Assembly: GCF_002945325.1 (NCBI RefSeq)
Contig: NZ_CP026606.1
Coordinates: 1,200,001-1,232,000 of the forward strand
From: Methanococcus maripaludis
GTDB lineage: Archaea; AGJL01; Methanococci; Methanococcales; Methanococcaceae
Length of the DNA stretch: 32,000 bases
Direction of reading: 5' to 3'
The position numbers and the translations under genes are program-made. Below are positions 19,010 to 27,969 of this stretch, in pieces. How positions within the stretch are numbered: position 1 is the stretch's first letter; the number at the start of each line of letters is the position of its first letter. A model generated the notes under the pieces. That model did not search any database. It worked only from the letters and a program-made list of their open reading frames with translations, and was not told the origin of the DNA.

Positions 19010-20305
19010 ATGATTACTGACAGAGTTTCCGATTACTTGGAAAAAATCGAGAAGTCTGATGTTAATGCTTTTATCGATGTTAACGGCGAGAAAGTTTTAA
19101 AAGAAGCAGAAGAACTGGAAAAAAACGACGCTCTTAAGAATAAACCTCTTTATGGAAAAATAGTTGCAGTAAAATCCAACATAAATGTAAAAGGCTACAA
19201 AATTTCATGTGCATCAAAAACACTTGAAAAATATGTGGGAACTTATGATGCAACAGTGGTTAAAAAATTAAGATCCCAAGGGGCGCTTATCGTTGGGATG
19301 ACAAACATGGATGAGTTTGCAGGCGGAAGCAGTGGTGAAACATCTTGTTATGGCCCAACGAAAAACCCTGCTGCAATGGATAGAATTCCTGGTGGAAGTA
19401 GCTCTGGAAGTGCTGCTGCAGTTGCTGCAGATTTGTGTGACATGGCAATTGGAAGCGACACTGGAGGAAGTATTAGAAATCCTGCAAGCCACTGTGGAAT
19501 TGTTGGATTCAAACCTTCATACGGTGTAGTATCAAGACAGGGTTTGTGCGACCTTGCAATGAGTTTCGATCAGATTGGCCCATTAACCAAAAATGCAGAA
19601 GATGCATTAGTTTTAACAAACGCAATAAAAGGAATTGACAGGTCTGACAGCACTTCACTCGAAACACCGAAATTCGAAAAAAAGGATATTTCAAATTACA
19701 AAATTGGTGTTGTAAAAGAATTCATGGATGTAACTGACGAAAAAATCAGAAACGAAATTGAAAAAGGAATCGAAGTTTTCAAAGATATGGGCTGTAAAAT
19801 TGTTGATTTAAGCTACAAATATATTGATTTAGCTCTTCCAACTTACTACCTCATAAACTACGTTGAATTCTTCTCTGCAACAAGAAAATACGACGGAAGA
19901 AGATACGGGGAATTCATCGAAGAAGCTTGTGGTGAAGAAGTTTTAAGAAGAATATTAATTGGAAAACACATCAGTGAACAGGAATTCAGTGGAAAATACT
20001 ACAAAAAAGCACTTCAGGCAAGAAAATCAATGAAAAAAGAAATGCTTGGACTTTTTAATAGTGCTGATTTGATAGTTGGTCCAACTGTACCAAAACTCCC
20101 GCACAAACTCGGTGAAGATGTTTCCCCAATGGAAATGTATGCATATGACGTTTTAACAGTTCCAACAAACATTTGCGGAATATGTTCTGGTGTTGTTAGA
20201 TGCGGAAATATCCAAGGCGTTCCAGTAGGATTACAAATCCAAGGGGCACCTCTTGAAGATGAAAAAGTACTCAGTGCAATGATCGAGTTTGAAAAAAATT
20301 ATTAA
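19010..20305 (+). CDS. gatA: Aspartyl/glutamyl-tRNA(Asn/Gln) amidotransferase subunit A
   Basis: Amidase signature GGSSGETSCYGPTKNPAAMDRIPGGSSSGSAAAVAADLCDMAIGSDTGGSIRNPASHCGIVGFKPSYGVVSRQGL. Confidence 0.95.
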   Translation: MITDRVSDYLEKIEKSDVNAFIDVNGEKVLKEAEELEKNDALKNKPLYGKIVAVKSNINVKGYKISCASKTLEKYVGTYDATVVKKLRSQGALIVGMTNMDEFAGGSSGETSCYGPTKNPAAMDRIPGGSSSGSAAAVAADLCDMAIGSDTGGSIRNPASHCGIVGFKPSYGVVSRQGLCDLAMSFDQIGPLTKNAEDALVLTNAIKGIDRSDSTSLETPKFEKKDISNYKIGVVKEFMDVTDEKIRNEIEKGIEVFKDMGCKIVDLSYKYIDLALPTYYLINYVEFFSATRKYDGRRYGEFIEEACGEEVLRRILIGKHISEQEFSGKYYKKALQARKSMKKEMLGLFNSADLIVGPTVPKLPHKLGEDVSPMEMYAYDVLTVPTNICGICSGVVRCGNIQGVPVGLQIQGAPLEDEKVLSAMIEFEKNY

Positions 20306-20437
20306 CTTATTAAATTATTATTTTTTTATAAATTTCTAGACTATTTTTTACTTTTTTAAATTATCAAAGATAGTATTATCTAAAAAAATTAAATTTACAA
20401 TATAAAACTCGTTTAAAATTTAAAAAAAGAGAAAAAT

Positions 20438-20779
20438 TTAGATTTCTACGACATCCACGTCTTCTAACGGAATATCTTTTAAAGCTCTTCCAATTGAAGA
20501 TTTTGCAATCCTGACAGCGTGTTCCGGACTTTCTGCATTAAAAACTTTCATTGAAAGTAAAATACCTACAATTGCTGTTTTTGCAACTACGAGTACACAA
20601 TCGATTGGTTCGCCACATTTTGGGCAGATTGTTAAACCAACGTCAATATCGACGTAATCTAAGCTTCCTTTGTTTAATAGTTTTCCAATTTGGGATATTG
20701 CAACCCCTATTGCATCTTCTACGTCTTCAACATTTTTCGCAATGTATGAAGCCTGTAATGTTACGTGGTAATTTCCCAT
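20438..20779 (-). CDS. DUF555/UPF0212 family conserved archaeal protein
   Basis: 113-aa [72 protein letters not shown]..., recognised as an archaeal conserved family with a CPKCG motif. Confidence 0.8.
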   Translation of the reverse strand: MGNYHVTLQASYIAKNVEDVEDAIGVAISQIGKLLNKGSLDYVDIDVGLTICPKCGEPIDCVLVVAKTAIVGILLSMKVFNAESPEHAVRIAKSSIGRALKDIPLEDVDVVEI

Positions 20780-20799
20780 GTTTTCTCACCGAAATCTCG

Positions 20800-21105
20800 C
20801 TATTTTGCTAATGTAAATCTCACGTCGTCGTCTCCTACATTAAAAATTCCGAGCCTTGCTCCAGCATCAATCCAGCCGTAAGCATAATTCAACGAAGCGA
20901 ATGCATTTATATAATCTCCTTTATCTATAAATGTTTTTGCATCTTCAAAGTAGCAGTCGATCATTACCAGAAAGTCGGAAGCAACGTCGGATAAAAGACT
21001 TTTTTCTGGAGGTAATCCGTTTTTTATAATTGTAATTGCTTCTTTAGTTCTTTCAAAGTAATTTTCTATTTTTTTATCAGTAATAATATTGTCAATTTCT
21101 ACCAT
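20800..21105 (-). CDS. DUF357 family conserved archaeal protein
   Basis: 101-aa ORF containing [39 protein letters not shown], typical of DUF357. Confidence 0.8.
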   Translation of the reverse strand: MVEIDNIITDKKIENYFERTKEAITIIKNGLPPEKSLLSDVASDFLVMIDCYFEDAKTFIDKGDYINAFASLNYAYGWIDAGARLGIFNVGDDDVRFTLAK

Positions 21106-21144
21106 TTAATCACAAAATCAGCATTTTTTTATTTTTCATTTTTA

Positions 21145-21229
21145 TTAACGTTTTAATTTATTTTCACTATTGATTACATTTATAGCTAACTAAAATAATC
21201 ATAGCACCTATCGAAAATTAAAACGTTAA
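21145..21229. repeat. 15-bp perfect inverted repeat (TTAACGTTTTAATTT / AAATTAAAACGTTAA)
   Basis: Arms at 21145-21159 and 21215-21229 with a 55-nt spacer, read directly. Confidence 0.85.
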
Positions 21230-21289
21230 ATAACGTAATATTTTAGCACATTTTCGACAATTTTTTCGACAATAGGTGAATAGTGAAAA
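21161..21289. repeat. 11-bp perfect inverted repeat (TTTTCACTATT / AATAGTGAAAA) bounding a 129-bp segment
   Basis: Arms at 21161-21171 and 21279-21289. The inner arms CACCTA (21205-21210) / TAGGTG (21273-21278) are nested inside. Confidence 0.8.
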
Positions 21290-21290
21290 C

Positions 21291-21300
21291 ATTTATATAA
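21291..21300 (+). promoter_or_regulatory. Candidate TATA box of the por operon
   Basis: ATTTATATAA lies about 75-80 nt upstream of porC. Confidence 0.6.
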
Positions 21301-21316
21301 TAATAATTGTAACGAT

Positions 21317-21331
21317 TAATCATGATGATTA
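21317..21331. promoter_or_regulatory. Palindrome TAATCAT-G-ATGATTA near the predicted por transcription start
   Basis: Perfect 7-bp arms around one base, about 25 nt downstream of the candidate TATA box. Confidence 0.5.
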
Positions 21332-21372
21332 CAAATATGGTTTCATTGCAGAGGTTATTTTGAGGTGAATTG

Positions 21373-21903
21373 ATGAAAGAAGTTAGATTCCACGGAAGAG
21401 GGGGACAGGGCGCAGTAACAGCAGCTCAAATTCTTGCTAAGGCTGCATTCTACGATGGTAAGTTCTGCCAAGCTTTTCCATTCTTTGGTGTGGAAAGAAG
21501 AGGGGCTCCCGTAATGGCATTTACAAGAATTGACGATGAAAAAATAAGATTAAGAAGCCAGATTTACGAACCAGATTACGTAATTGTACAGGATCCAACA
21601 TTGATGGATTCAGTAGATGTTACAAGCGGGATCAAAGATGGCGGAATAATTTTGATAAACACGTTAAAAGACATAAAACTCAATGGCTACGACGTTAAAA
21701 CAATAGATGCTACAGGAATAGCATTAGATGTTCTTGGAGTTCCAATTGTAAATACGACACTTTGTGGAGCTTTTGCCGGGCTTACTGGAGAAGTTACTAT
21801 CGAATCACTTAAAAAATCGATTTTGGAAACATTTCCAGGTAAATTAGGCCCTAAAAATGCAGATGCAGCTGAAAAAGCGTATAACCTAACAAAAGGTCTG
21901 TAA
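21373..21903 (+). CDS. porC: Pyruvate:ferredoxin oxidoreductase, gamma subunit
   Basis: [60 protein letters not shown] precedes the ATG at 21373. Confidence 0.93.
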   Translation: MKEVRFHGRGGQGAVTAAQILAKAAFYDGKFCQAFPFFGVERRGAPVMAFTRIDDEKIRLRSQIYEPDYVIVQDPTLMDSVDVTSGIKDGGIILINTLKDIKLNGYDVKTIDATGIALDVLGVPIVNTTLCGAFAGLTGEVTIESLKKSILETFPGKLGPKNADAAEKAYNLTKGL

Positions 21904-21917
21904 TTTAAGGTGAGTAC

Positions 21918-22175
21918 ATGGTAAACACAGGAACAATTATTTATGAACCTGGAAGTTCAGCAAAAAATAAAACTGGAAGCTGGAGAGTATTCAAACCAGT
22001 TTTAGATCAAGACAAATGCGTAAAATGTGAAAATTGTTACATCTTCTGTCCTGAAGGCTGTATCCAAGAAAAAGATGGAAAATTTGAAATTGACTACGAC
22101 TACTGTAAAGGATGCCTAATTTGCGAGAAAGAATGTCCTGTAAAAGCGATAAAAGCAGAAAGGGAAGAAAAATAA
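21918..22175 (+). CDS. porD: Pyruvate:ferredoxin oxidoreductase, delta subunit (2x[4Fe-4S])
   Basis: Two cluster motifs, CVKCENCYIFCPEGC and CKGCLICEKECPVKAI, in operon context. Confidence 0.93.
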   Translation: MVNTGTIIYEPGSSAKNKTGSWRVFKPVLDQDKCVKCENCYIFCPEGCIQEKDGKFEIDYDYCKGCLICEKECPVKAIKAEREEK

Positions 22176-22195
22176 GACTGATTTAGGAGGATATC

Positions 22196-23359
22196 ATGTG
22201 TGAAGTTAAGGTTATCACAGGAACTTCTGCAGCCGCTGAAGCTGCAAAGCTTGCAGATGTAGATGTTATTGCAGCATATCCAATTACCCCCCAAACGACA
22301 TGTGTAGAAAAGCTTGCAGATTTTGTGGCCAATGGCGAATTAAACGCAGAATACATTAAAGTGGAAAGTGAACATTCTGCAATGAGTGCAAGTATTGGGG
22401 CAAGTGCAGCAGGTGCAAGAGCATTTACTGCGACATCATCACAAGGTTTAGCATTAATGCACGAAGTTTTATTTGCCGCAGCAGGAATGAGAGTTCCAGT
22501 TGTAATGATGAATGCAAACAGGGCATTATCTGCACCAATTAACATTTGGAATGACCAGCAAGACAGTTTATCTCAAAGAGATACAGGATGGATTCAACTA
22601 TACGCTGAAGACAACCAGGAAGTTTTAGATTTAGTTATACAGGCATTTAAAATTGCAGAAGATGAAAAAGTTCTTCTTCCAGTTATGGTAAACTTGGATG
22701 GTTTTATTTTAACCCACACTGTAGAGCCAGTTACACTTCCAAAACAGGAAAATGTACTCGACTTTATAGGAACTTATGAACCAAAACATGCATATTTGGA
22801 CCCTAAAAAACCAATGACGCAAGGTGCGCTTGGTGATCCAAACTACTACATGGAAACAAGATATGCAATAGAAACTGCAATGGAAAATGCTAAAAAAGTT
22901 ATTGCAGACGTTCACGATGCTTTTGCAGAAAAATTCAACCGAGCTTACGGAAACGGGCTTATTGAAAGCTACAATTTAGAAAAAGCAGAAAATGTAATTG
23001 TTGCAATGGGTTCAATTTGTGGAACAATTAAAGATATGATCGATCTCAAGAAAAAAGAAGGCGTAGAAATCGGTTTATTAAAAATAAGATGCTACAGACC
23101 GCTCCCTATTGAAATGATCAAAGATGCACTCAAAAACGCCAAGAATGTTGCAATTCTCGATAAGAGTATAAGCCTTGGTATGAACAAAGGTGCAATTTAT
23201 GCAGATGTCGCATCACACTTGAAAGATAAAAAGACTGTAAATTACATTGTAGGTCTTGGTGGAAGGGACATTACTCCTGAAGACATTTTGGGAATTTACG
23301 ACGATGTAGAAATCTCTGAAGATGGAAAAACAAACTGGATCGGATTGAAGGAAGAATAA
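22196..23359 (+). CDS. porA: Pyruvate:ferredoxin oxidoreductase, alpha subunit
   Basis: [45 protein letters not shown]... and [32 protein letters not shown]. Confidence 0.95.
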   Translation: MCEVKVITGTSAAAEAAKLADVDVIAAYPITPQTTCVEKLADFVANGELNAEYIKVESEHSAMSASIGASAAGARAFTATSSQGLALMHEVLFAAAGMRVPVVMMNANRALSAPINIWNDQQDSLSQRDTGWIQLYAEDNQEVLDLVIQAFKIAEDEKVLLPVMVNLDGFILTHTVEPVTLPKQENVLDFIGTYEPKHAYLDPKKPMTQGALGDPNYYMETRYAIETAMENAKKVIADVHDAFAEKFNRAYGNGLIESYNLEKAENVIVAMGSICGTIKDMIDLKKKEGVEIGLLKIRCYRPLPIEMIKDALKNAKNVAILDKSISLGMNKGAIYADVASHLKDKKTVNYIVGLGGRDITPEDILGIYDDVEISEDGKTNWIGLKEE

Positions 23360-23375
23360 TTTATTTGGTGATATT

Positions 23376-24272
23376 ATGACTGGAAGCCAATTTCCAAGAG
23401 AAGAATTATTTGCTCCAGGACACAGGGGCTGTGCAGGTTGTGGTGCAGCAATTGTTGCAAGACTCGCTTTAAAAGCTGCTGGAAAAAACACGATCGTTGC
23501 AAATGCTACAGGATGTCTTGAAGTTATGACAACGCCATACCCTGAAACTGCATGGAGAGTTCCTTGGATTCACGTTGCATTCGAAAACGCTGCAGCAGTA
23601 GCAAGTGGTGTCGAGGGAGCTGTAGCTGCCTTAAAGAGAAAACGCGGAAAATACGGTGAAGAAAAAGTAAACGTTATTGCATTTGGTGGTGACGGCGGTA
23701 CTGCAGATATCGGATTCCAAGCACTAAGTGGTGCAATGGAAAGAGGACACGACATGGTTTATATCATGTACGATAACGAAGCTTACATGAACACCGGAGT
23801 TCAAAGAAGTGGTTCAACGCCTTTAATGGCCTCAACAACGACTTCACCTGCCGGAAGCCTTATCCGTGGGGAAACTATGCCTAAAAAGAACATGCCAATG
23901 ATCATGGCAGCTCATGGAATACCTTATGTTGCAACAGCATCAATAAGTTACCCTGAAGATTTCATGAACAAAGTTAAAAAAGCATGTGAAATAAACGGTC
24001 CTGCATTTATTCAAGTAATGCAACCATGTACTACCGGCTGGGGATATCCTGCTGATAAAACAATTGAATTGGGCAGACTTGCAGTAGAAACTGGTGTTTG
24101 GCCACTTTTTGAAATTGAAAATGGTGAATTTAAGTTAAACTACAAACCACTTAAAAGAAAACCAATTGAAGAATACTTAAAAGTGCAGAAAAGATACAGA
24201 CACTTAAATCCCGAAGAGATTTCAGTAATTCAAAAGACCATCGACATGAAATGCGACGAATACGGTCTTTAA
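23376..24272 (+). CDS. porB: Pyruvate:ferredoxin oxidoreductase, beta subunit (TPP-binding)
   Basis: [40 protein letters not shown] and the TPP motif [38 protein letters not shown]. Confidence 0.95.
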   Translation: MTGSQFPREELFAPGHRGCAGCGAAIVARLALKAAGKNTIVANATGCLEVMTTPYPETAWRVPWIHVAFENAAAVASGVEGAVAALKRKRGKYGEEKVNVIAFGGDGGTADIGFQALSGAMERGHDMVYIMYDNEAYMNTGVQRSGSTPLMASTTTSPAGSLIRGETMPKKNMPMIMAAHGIPYVATASISYPEDFMNKVKKACEINGPAFIQVMQPCTTGWGYPADKTIELGRLAVETGVWPLFEIENGEFKLNYKPLKRKPIEEYLKVQKRYRHLNPEEISVIQKTIDMKCDEYGL

Positions 24273-24295
24273 TTAATATTTTTTAAGGTGCGATC

Positions 24296-24799
24296 ATGAA
24301 AAAAGTAATGATGGTTAACGAAGCTTGTGATAACTGCGGGGATTGTGTTAAATCATGTTCTGAAGTTCACGAAGTTAGTGGAATCAGCATTTGGGAGCAC
24401 GAAGGAAGGTATCTGCCAGTAGTATGCCAGCACTGTACCTCATCACCTTGTATGGATGTATGTCCTGTTTCGGCTATCGAATCAAAGGATGGTGTAATTT
24501 ATCTCGACAAAGAATCCTGCATTGGATGTGGACTCTGTGCAATGGCATGCCCCTTTGGTGCAATATACATAAGCGGAAAGACTGCACACAAGTGTGATTT
24601 GTGTTTTGGAAGAGACGAACAAGCATGTGTTAAAGCATGCAGTAAAAGATGTCTCGAAGTTGTAAACGTTGATGAATTAGTAATGGATAAAAAGTTGAAT
24701 AATATTGAAAATTTAACAGTTTTGGGTTCTAAAGGAAAATCCAAAAAGAAAAAAGGACTCCTTTCTTTAGTTACTGCATCGTCAAGATGTAATCCTTAA
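24296..24799 (+). CDS. porE: Polyferredoxin-like protein PorE of the anabolic pyruvate oxidoreductase operon
   Basis: Multiple Fe-S cysteine motifs (CDNCGDCVKSC, CQHCTSSPCMDVCP, CIGCGLCAMACP, CDLCFGRDEQACVKAC). Immediately downstream of porB. Confidence 0.88.
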   Translation: MKKVMMVNEACDNCGDCVKSCSEVHEVSGISIWEHEGRYLPVVCQHCTSSPCMDVCPVSAIESKDGVIYLDKESCIGCGLCAMACPFGAIYISGKTAHKCDLCFGRDEQACVKACSKRCLEVVNVDELVMDKKLNNIENLTVLGSKGKSKKKKGLLSLVTASSRCNP

Positions 24800-24817
24800 A
24801 ATTATCTGGTGAAGTTC

Positions 24818-25234
24818 ATGAAGGTAATGCCAAATATTGACTTGTGCGTAGATTGCAAAAAGTGTGAACGGGCATGTCCTATAAACGCAATTCACGTTTT
24901 TGATGGGATTCCCATTAGATGTATGCACTGTGAAGATGCACCCTGTCTTAATGTATGTCCCGAAGATGCAATTGAAAAAATAGCTGATAAAGTAGTAGTA
25001 CATCCTGAAAAGTGTGTCGGATGCGCATTATGTGCGGAAGTATGCCCTGTTGGGGCCATACAGATTGATAGATGTACAAAAGTCGCAGTAAAATGTGATG
25101 GATGTATTGAACGAGGCAGTGAAGTATGTCTTGAAGTATGCCCTACAAAGGCACTTGACTACTACGAAAATACAATTGAAAACAAAAGAGCGGAACTTGT
25201 TTCAAAACTTAAGAAATTAACTTCAAGAAAATAA
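24818..25234 (+). CDS. porF: Polyferredoxin-like protein PorF
   Basis: Ferredoxin motifs CVDCKKCERACP, CMHCEDAPCLNVCP, CVGCALCAEVCP and CDGCIERGSEVCLEVCP. The ATG at 24818 follows GGTGAAG. Confidence 0.88.
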   Translation: MKVMPNIDLCVDCKKCERACPINAIHVFDGIPIRCMHCEDAPCLNVCPEDAIEKIADKVVVHPEKCVGCALCAEVCPVGAIQIDRCTKVAVKCDGCIERGSEVCLEVCPTKALDYYENTIENKRAELVSKLKKLTSRK

Positions 25235-25244
25235 ATTTATTTTT

Positions 25245-25736
25245 TTATTTTATGGAAATTAACTCTGCATCAATTTTTCTTTCTTCTATTTTTAATTTCA
25301 TAATCGTTTTTAATGGATATCTTGGAACAGTCGGGCTTCCAGGATTCAAAAGTAATATTTTTTTATTTTCAGCATGTAGTTCTTTTATCATAGGAACGTG
25401 GGTATGTCCAGAAATTAAAACATCCCAGTTTTTTTCAAGGCATAAATATTTCATTTTTAATGTATCTCCACGCGGATGAATCTGGTTTCCATGAATTATT
25501 CCAATTTTGAAATTTTCAATGTTTAGTTCATGTTCTTTTGGATAATTCATATAATCCATGTTTCCAGAAACGACTAAAATTTCACTGATTTTTTTTAATT
25601 CATTTAAAACGGATTCAGACGTTACATCACCGCAGTGAATTATTAAATCTACGTCAGAAAAGTGTTCAAAAATTTCTTTCGGTAGTTTTTTAGCCCTTTC
25701 TGGAATATGTGTATCTGAAATGATCCCTATAATCAT
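25245..25736 (-). CDS. YfcE/MJ0936-family metallophosphoesterase
   Basis: Motifs GIISDTHIPE, IIHCGDVTSE, VSGNMDY, GIIHGNQIHPRGD and ISGHTHVP. Confidence 0.9.
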   Translation of the reverse strand: MIIGIISDTHIPERAKKLPKEIFEHFSDVDLIIHCGDVTSESVLNELKKISEILVVSGNMDYMNYPKEHELNIENFKIGIIHGNQIHPRGDTLKMKYLCLEKNWDVLISGHTHVPMIKELHAENKKILLLNPGSPTVPRYPLKTIMKLKIEERKIDAELISIK

Positions 25737-25797
25737 GATTTAACCCTTAAAAAACTTGGAAAATTGATATACTTATAAAAATCTTTTAAAATAAAAA

Positions 25798-26106
25798 GTG
25801 GCTTCCTTGAGGTGGGTGAAAAATCCTGAAACCCATTGTACCTCAAGTTCTGCTCGATTCCGCAACCCTCTGAGCGTTGAAGTTCTTTCTACCGCTGCTC
25901 CCTTCCGGGCCTGACGGGGTTCGAAAGATAAGGGAGGTTTGTCTTTTTCCTACAAAAAAGGTTCCTCCTCCATCTTACCCCAAAGGACGAAATGTCTACA
26001 CAAAACTTGAGAATGAGCGACAGAATTCAAAACCGCCCTCAAGTTTTCGGCTCTCGCAAAGGCGATTTCGAGTTACAGGAAACGCCTAACTTCCCAGCCT
26101 AGCCAC
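25798..26106 (-). ncRNA. Archaeal signal recognition particle RNA (7S RNA)
   Basis: The minus strand contains CCCCGUCAGGCCCGGAAGGGAGCAGCGG, the conserved helix 8 / SRP54-binding motif. The ends GUGGCU (26106-26101) and AGCCAC (25803-25798) pair as terminal helix. Length is about 309 nt, and a minus-strand TATA box lies just upstream. Confidence 0.94.
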
Positions 26107-26120
26107 ATCAAGGTTTAAGT

Positions 26121-26137
26121 GTTTATATTTATATACC
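26121..26137 (-). promoter_or_regulatory. TATA-box region driving the SRP RNA gene
   Basis: The minus strand reads ggtatataaatataaac. Its centre is about 25 nt upstream of the inferred RNA 5' end near 26106. Confidence 0.7.
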
Positions 26138-26304
26138 TTACGATAATAATCAATAAGTATACTAAATGCAAATATGCCAAAAACATATAAAAACTATTAT
26201 ATAGCATAAAAGAGGGAATATATTTAGTAAAAACAATTTTTTGACTGTTAACATACTACTAAACGTAATTTACACAACCATCTTCACCGCTTTGGAGGAT
26301 TAAT

Positions 26305-27402
26305 ATGAGACTTGTAAAAGAAGCTTTGTCCAAAAATAATGAGGAATTATACAACACCCAAATGGCAAAAGACGATTTTGGAAATGCAAAAATTCTTGTT
26401 GTTGGATGTGGTGGTGCTGGAAACAATACCATTCACAGATTAAGTGAAATTGGTATTGAAGGTGCCGAAACTATTGCAATTAATACTGATAAACAGCATT
26501 TAGAACACATAAATGCTGATAAAAAAATATTAATTGGTTCAACGCTTACAAGAGGTTTAGGTGCCGGAGGATACCCAGAAATTGGTAAAAAATCCGCTGA
26601 ACTTGCCAAAAACGTGCTTGAAGATGTCATAAAAAGTGCAGATTTAATATTTGTTGCAGCAGGAATGGGTGGTGGAACAGGAACTGGTTCCGCTCCAGTT
26701 GTAGCAGAAATTGCAAAAGAAAACGGTGCTGTAGTTATTGGTGTTGTAACTTACCCATTCAAAATTGAAAGGGCAAGACTCAAAAAAGCTGATGAAGGTC
26801 TTAGACGACTTACTGAATGCTGTGATACTGTTATTGTAATTGATAACAACAGGCTTGTTGATTTTGTTCCTAACTTACCAATGAACGAAGCTTTCAGAGT
26901 AGCTGATGAAATTATTGCTCAAGCAGTCAAAGGAATCACTGAAACAATTTCATTAAAGAGCTTAATCAATATCGACTACGCAGACGTTAAAGCGGTGATG
27001 ACAAACGGTGGAGTTGCAATGATTGGTGTTGGAGAAGTTGACTACGACACTAAAGGCGATAGGGTTGAAAAGGTAGTAAAAGATACATTACAATGTCCTC
27101 TTTTAGATATCGACTACAAAGGAGCAACCGGTGCTTTGATACACATAACTGGCGGTCCAGATTTAACTCTTGGTGAAGCTAACAGAATCGGTGACGGAAT
27201 TACAAGCAGCATGGATATAAATGCTAACGTTATTTGGGGTGCAAGACTCGATCCTTCAATGGACGGAGCAATACGAGTAATGGCAATTATTACAGGAGTT
27301 AAATCTCCAAATATAATGGGCGGTGGAAAAAGCCATCAAAAAATAATTCCAAATTCAGCTAACCGGTCAAAAGGTTCTCTTGGAATTGATTATATTGTAT
27401 AA
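26305..27402 (+). CDS. ftsZ: Cell division protein FtsZ
   Basis: Tubulin signature [37 protein letters not shown] and [30 protein letters not shown]. Confidence 0.97.
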   Translation: MRLVKEALSKNNEELYNTQMAKDDFGNAKILVVGCGGAGNNTIHRLSEIGIEGAETIAINTDKQHLEHINADKKILIGSTLTRGLGAGGYPEIGKKSAELAKNVLEDVIKSADLIFVAAGMGGGTGTGSAPVVAEIAKENGAVVIGVVTYPFKIERARLKKADEGLRRLTECCDTVIVIDNNRLVDFVPNLPMNEAFRVADEIIAQAVKGITETISLKSLINIDYADVKAVMTNGGVAMIGVGEVDYDTKGDRVEKVVKDTLQCPLLDIDYKGATGALIHITGGPDLTLGEANRIGDGITSSMDINANVIWGARLDPSMDGAIRVMAIITGVKSPNIMGGGKSHQKIIPNSANRSKGSLGIDYIV

Positions 27403-27450
27403 TTGCATTATTCTAACGATTTTTCTTTTTTTATATTTTAGGTGGGACCT

Positions 27451-27963
27451 ATGCGAGCACACGAACGACTTTTATTGAGTGTGGGTTCAGATAAGTTTAC
27501 GGATGAATTCAAAAAAGTTCTTCTTGAATTGGATGTTCCTTTAAAGGAATTTTCCGAGATATCTGGGATTCCCTATAGTACACTTTATAAAATCACGAAT
27601 GAAAAAGATTTTCGAGTATCGACTCTTAAAAAAATTATTGGGACTGTAAAAAGTTTTGAAGAAGATGATTCATCAGAAGATAAAATAGCTTTGATTGCAG
27701 CAAGACCTTCTTTAAATAAAGTAAGTAAAAAAAGAGTGGAAATAAACGGAAAAACGTATCTCTTGAAAGAATATCCTGCAAGTACGCTTGAAGAATGTAT
27801 TGTTTCAGCAATATATGCAGAAAGAGAGGGCGTAAAAGCGATAGTCTGTGCGCCAATAGTAAGTACCAGCATTGAAAAGGTTGTAAGAATACCTGTTGCA
27901 GTTATTATCGCAGAAAAAAATGCATTTATGGAAGCACTCGAAATTGTCGTGTCAAAAATTTAA
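27451..27963 (+). CDS. Predicted HTH transcriptional regulator with conserved C-terminal domain
   Basis: LKEFSEISGIPYSTLYKITNEKDFRVSTLKKIIGTVKSF resembles an HTH of XRE-like type. The ATG at 27451 follows AGGTGGG. Confidence 0.72.
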   Translation: MRAHERLLLSVGSDKFTDEFKKVLLELDVPLKEFSEISGIPYSTLYKITNEKDFRVSTLKKIIGTVKSFEEDDSSEDKIALIAARPSLNKVSKKRVEINGKTYLLKEYPASTLEECIVSAIYAEREGVKAIVCAPIVSTSIEKVVRIPVAVIIAEKNAFMEALEIVVSKI

Positions 27964-27969
27964 AAGAGT

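Noticed and set aside
22183-22545. Minus-strand ORFs opposite porA/porB (22183..22545, 23213..23491, 23570..23755)
   Set aside because: All overlap strongly supported POR subunit genes, and their compositions are typical antisense translations.
25877-26089. 70-aa plus-strand ORF (MKFFLPLLPSGPDGVRKIREV...)
   Set aside because: It lies wholly antisense within the SRP RNA. Its composition reflects RNA structure rather than coding.
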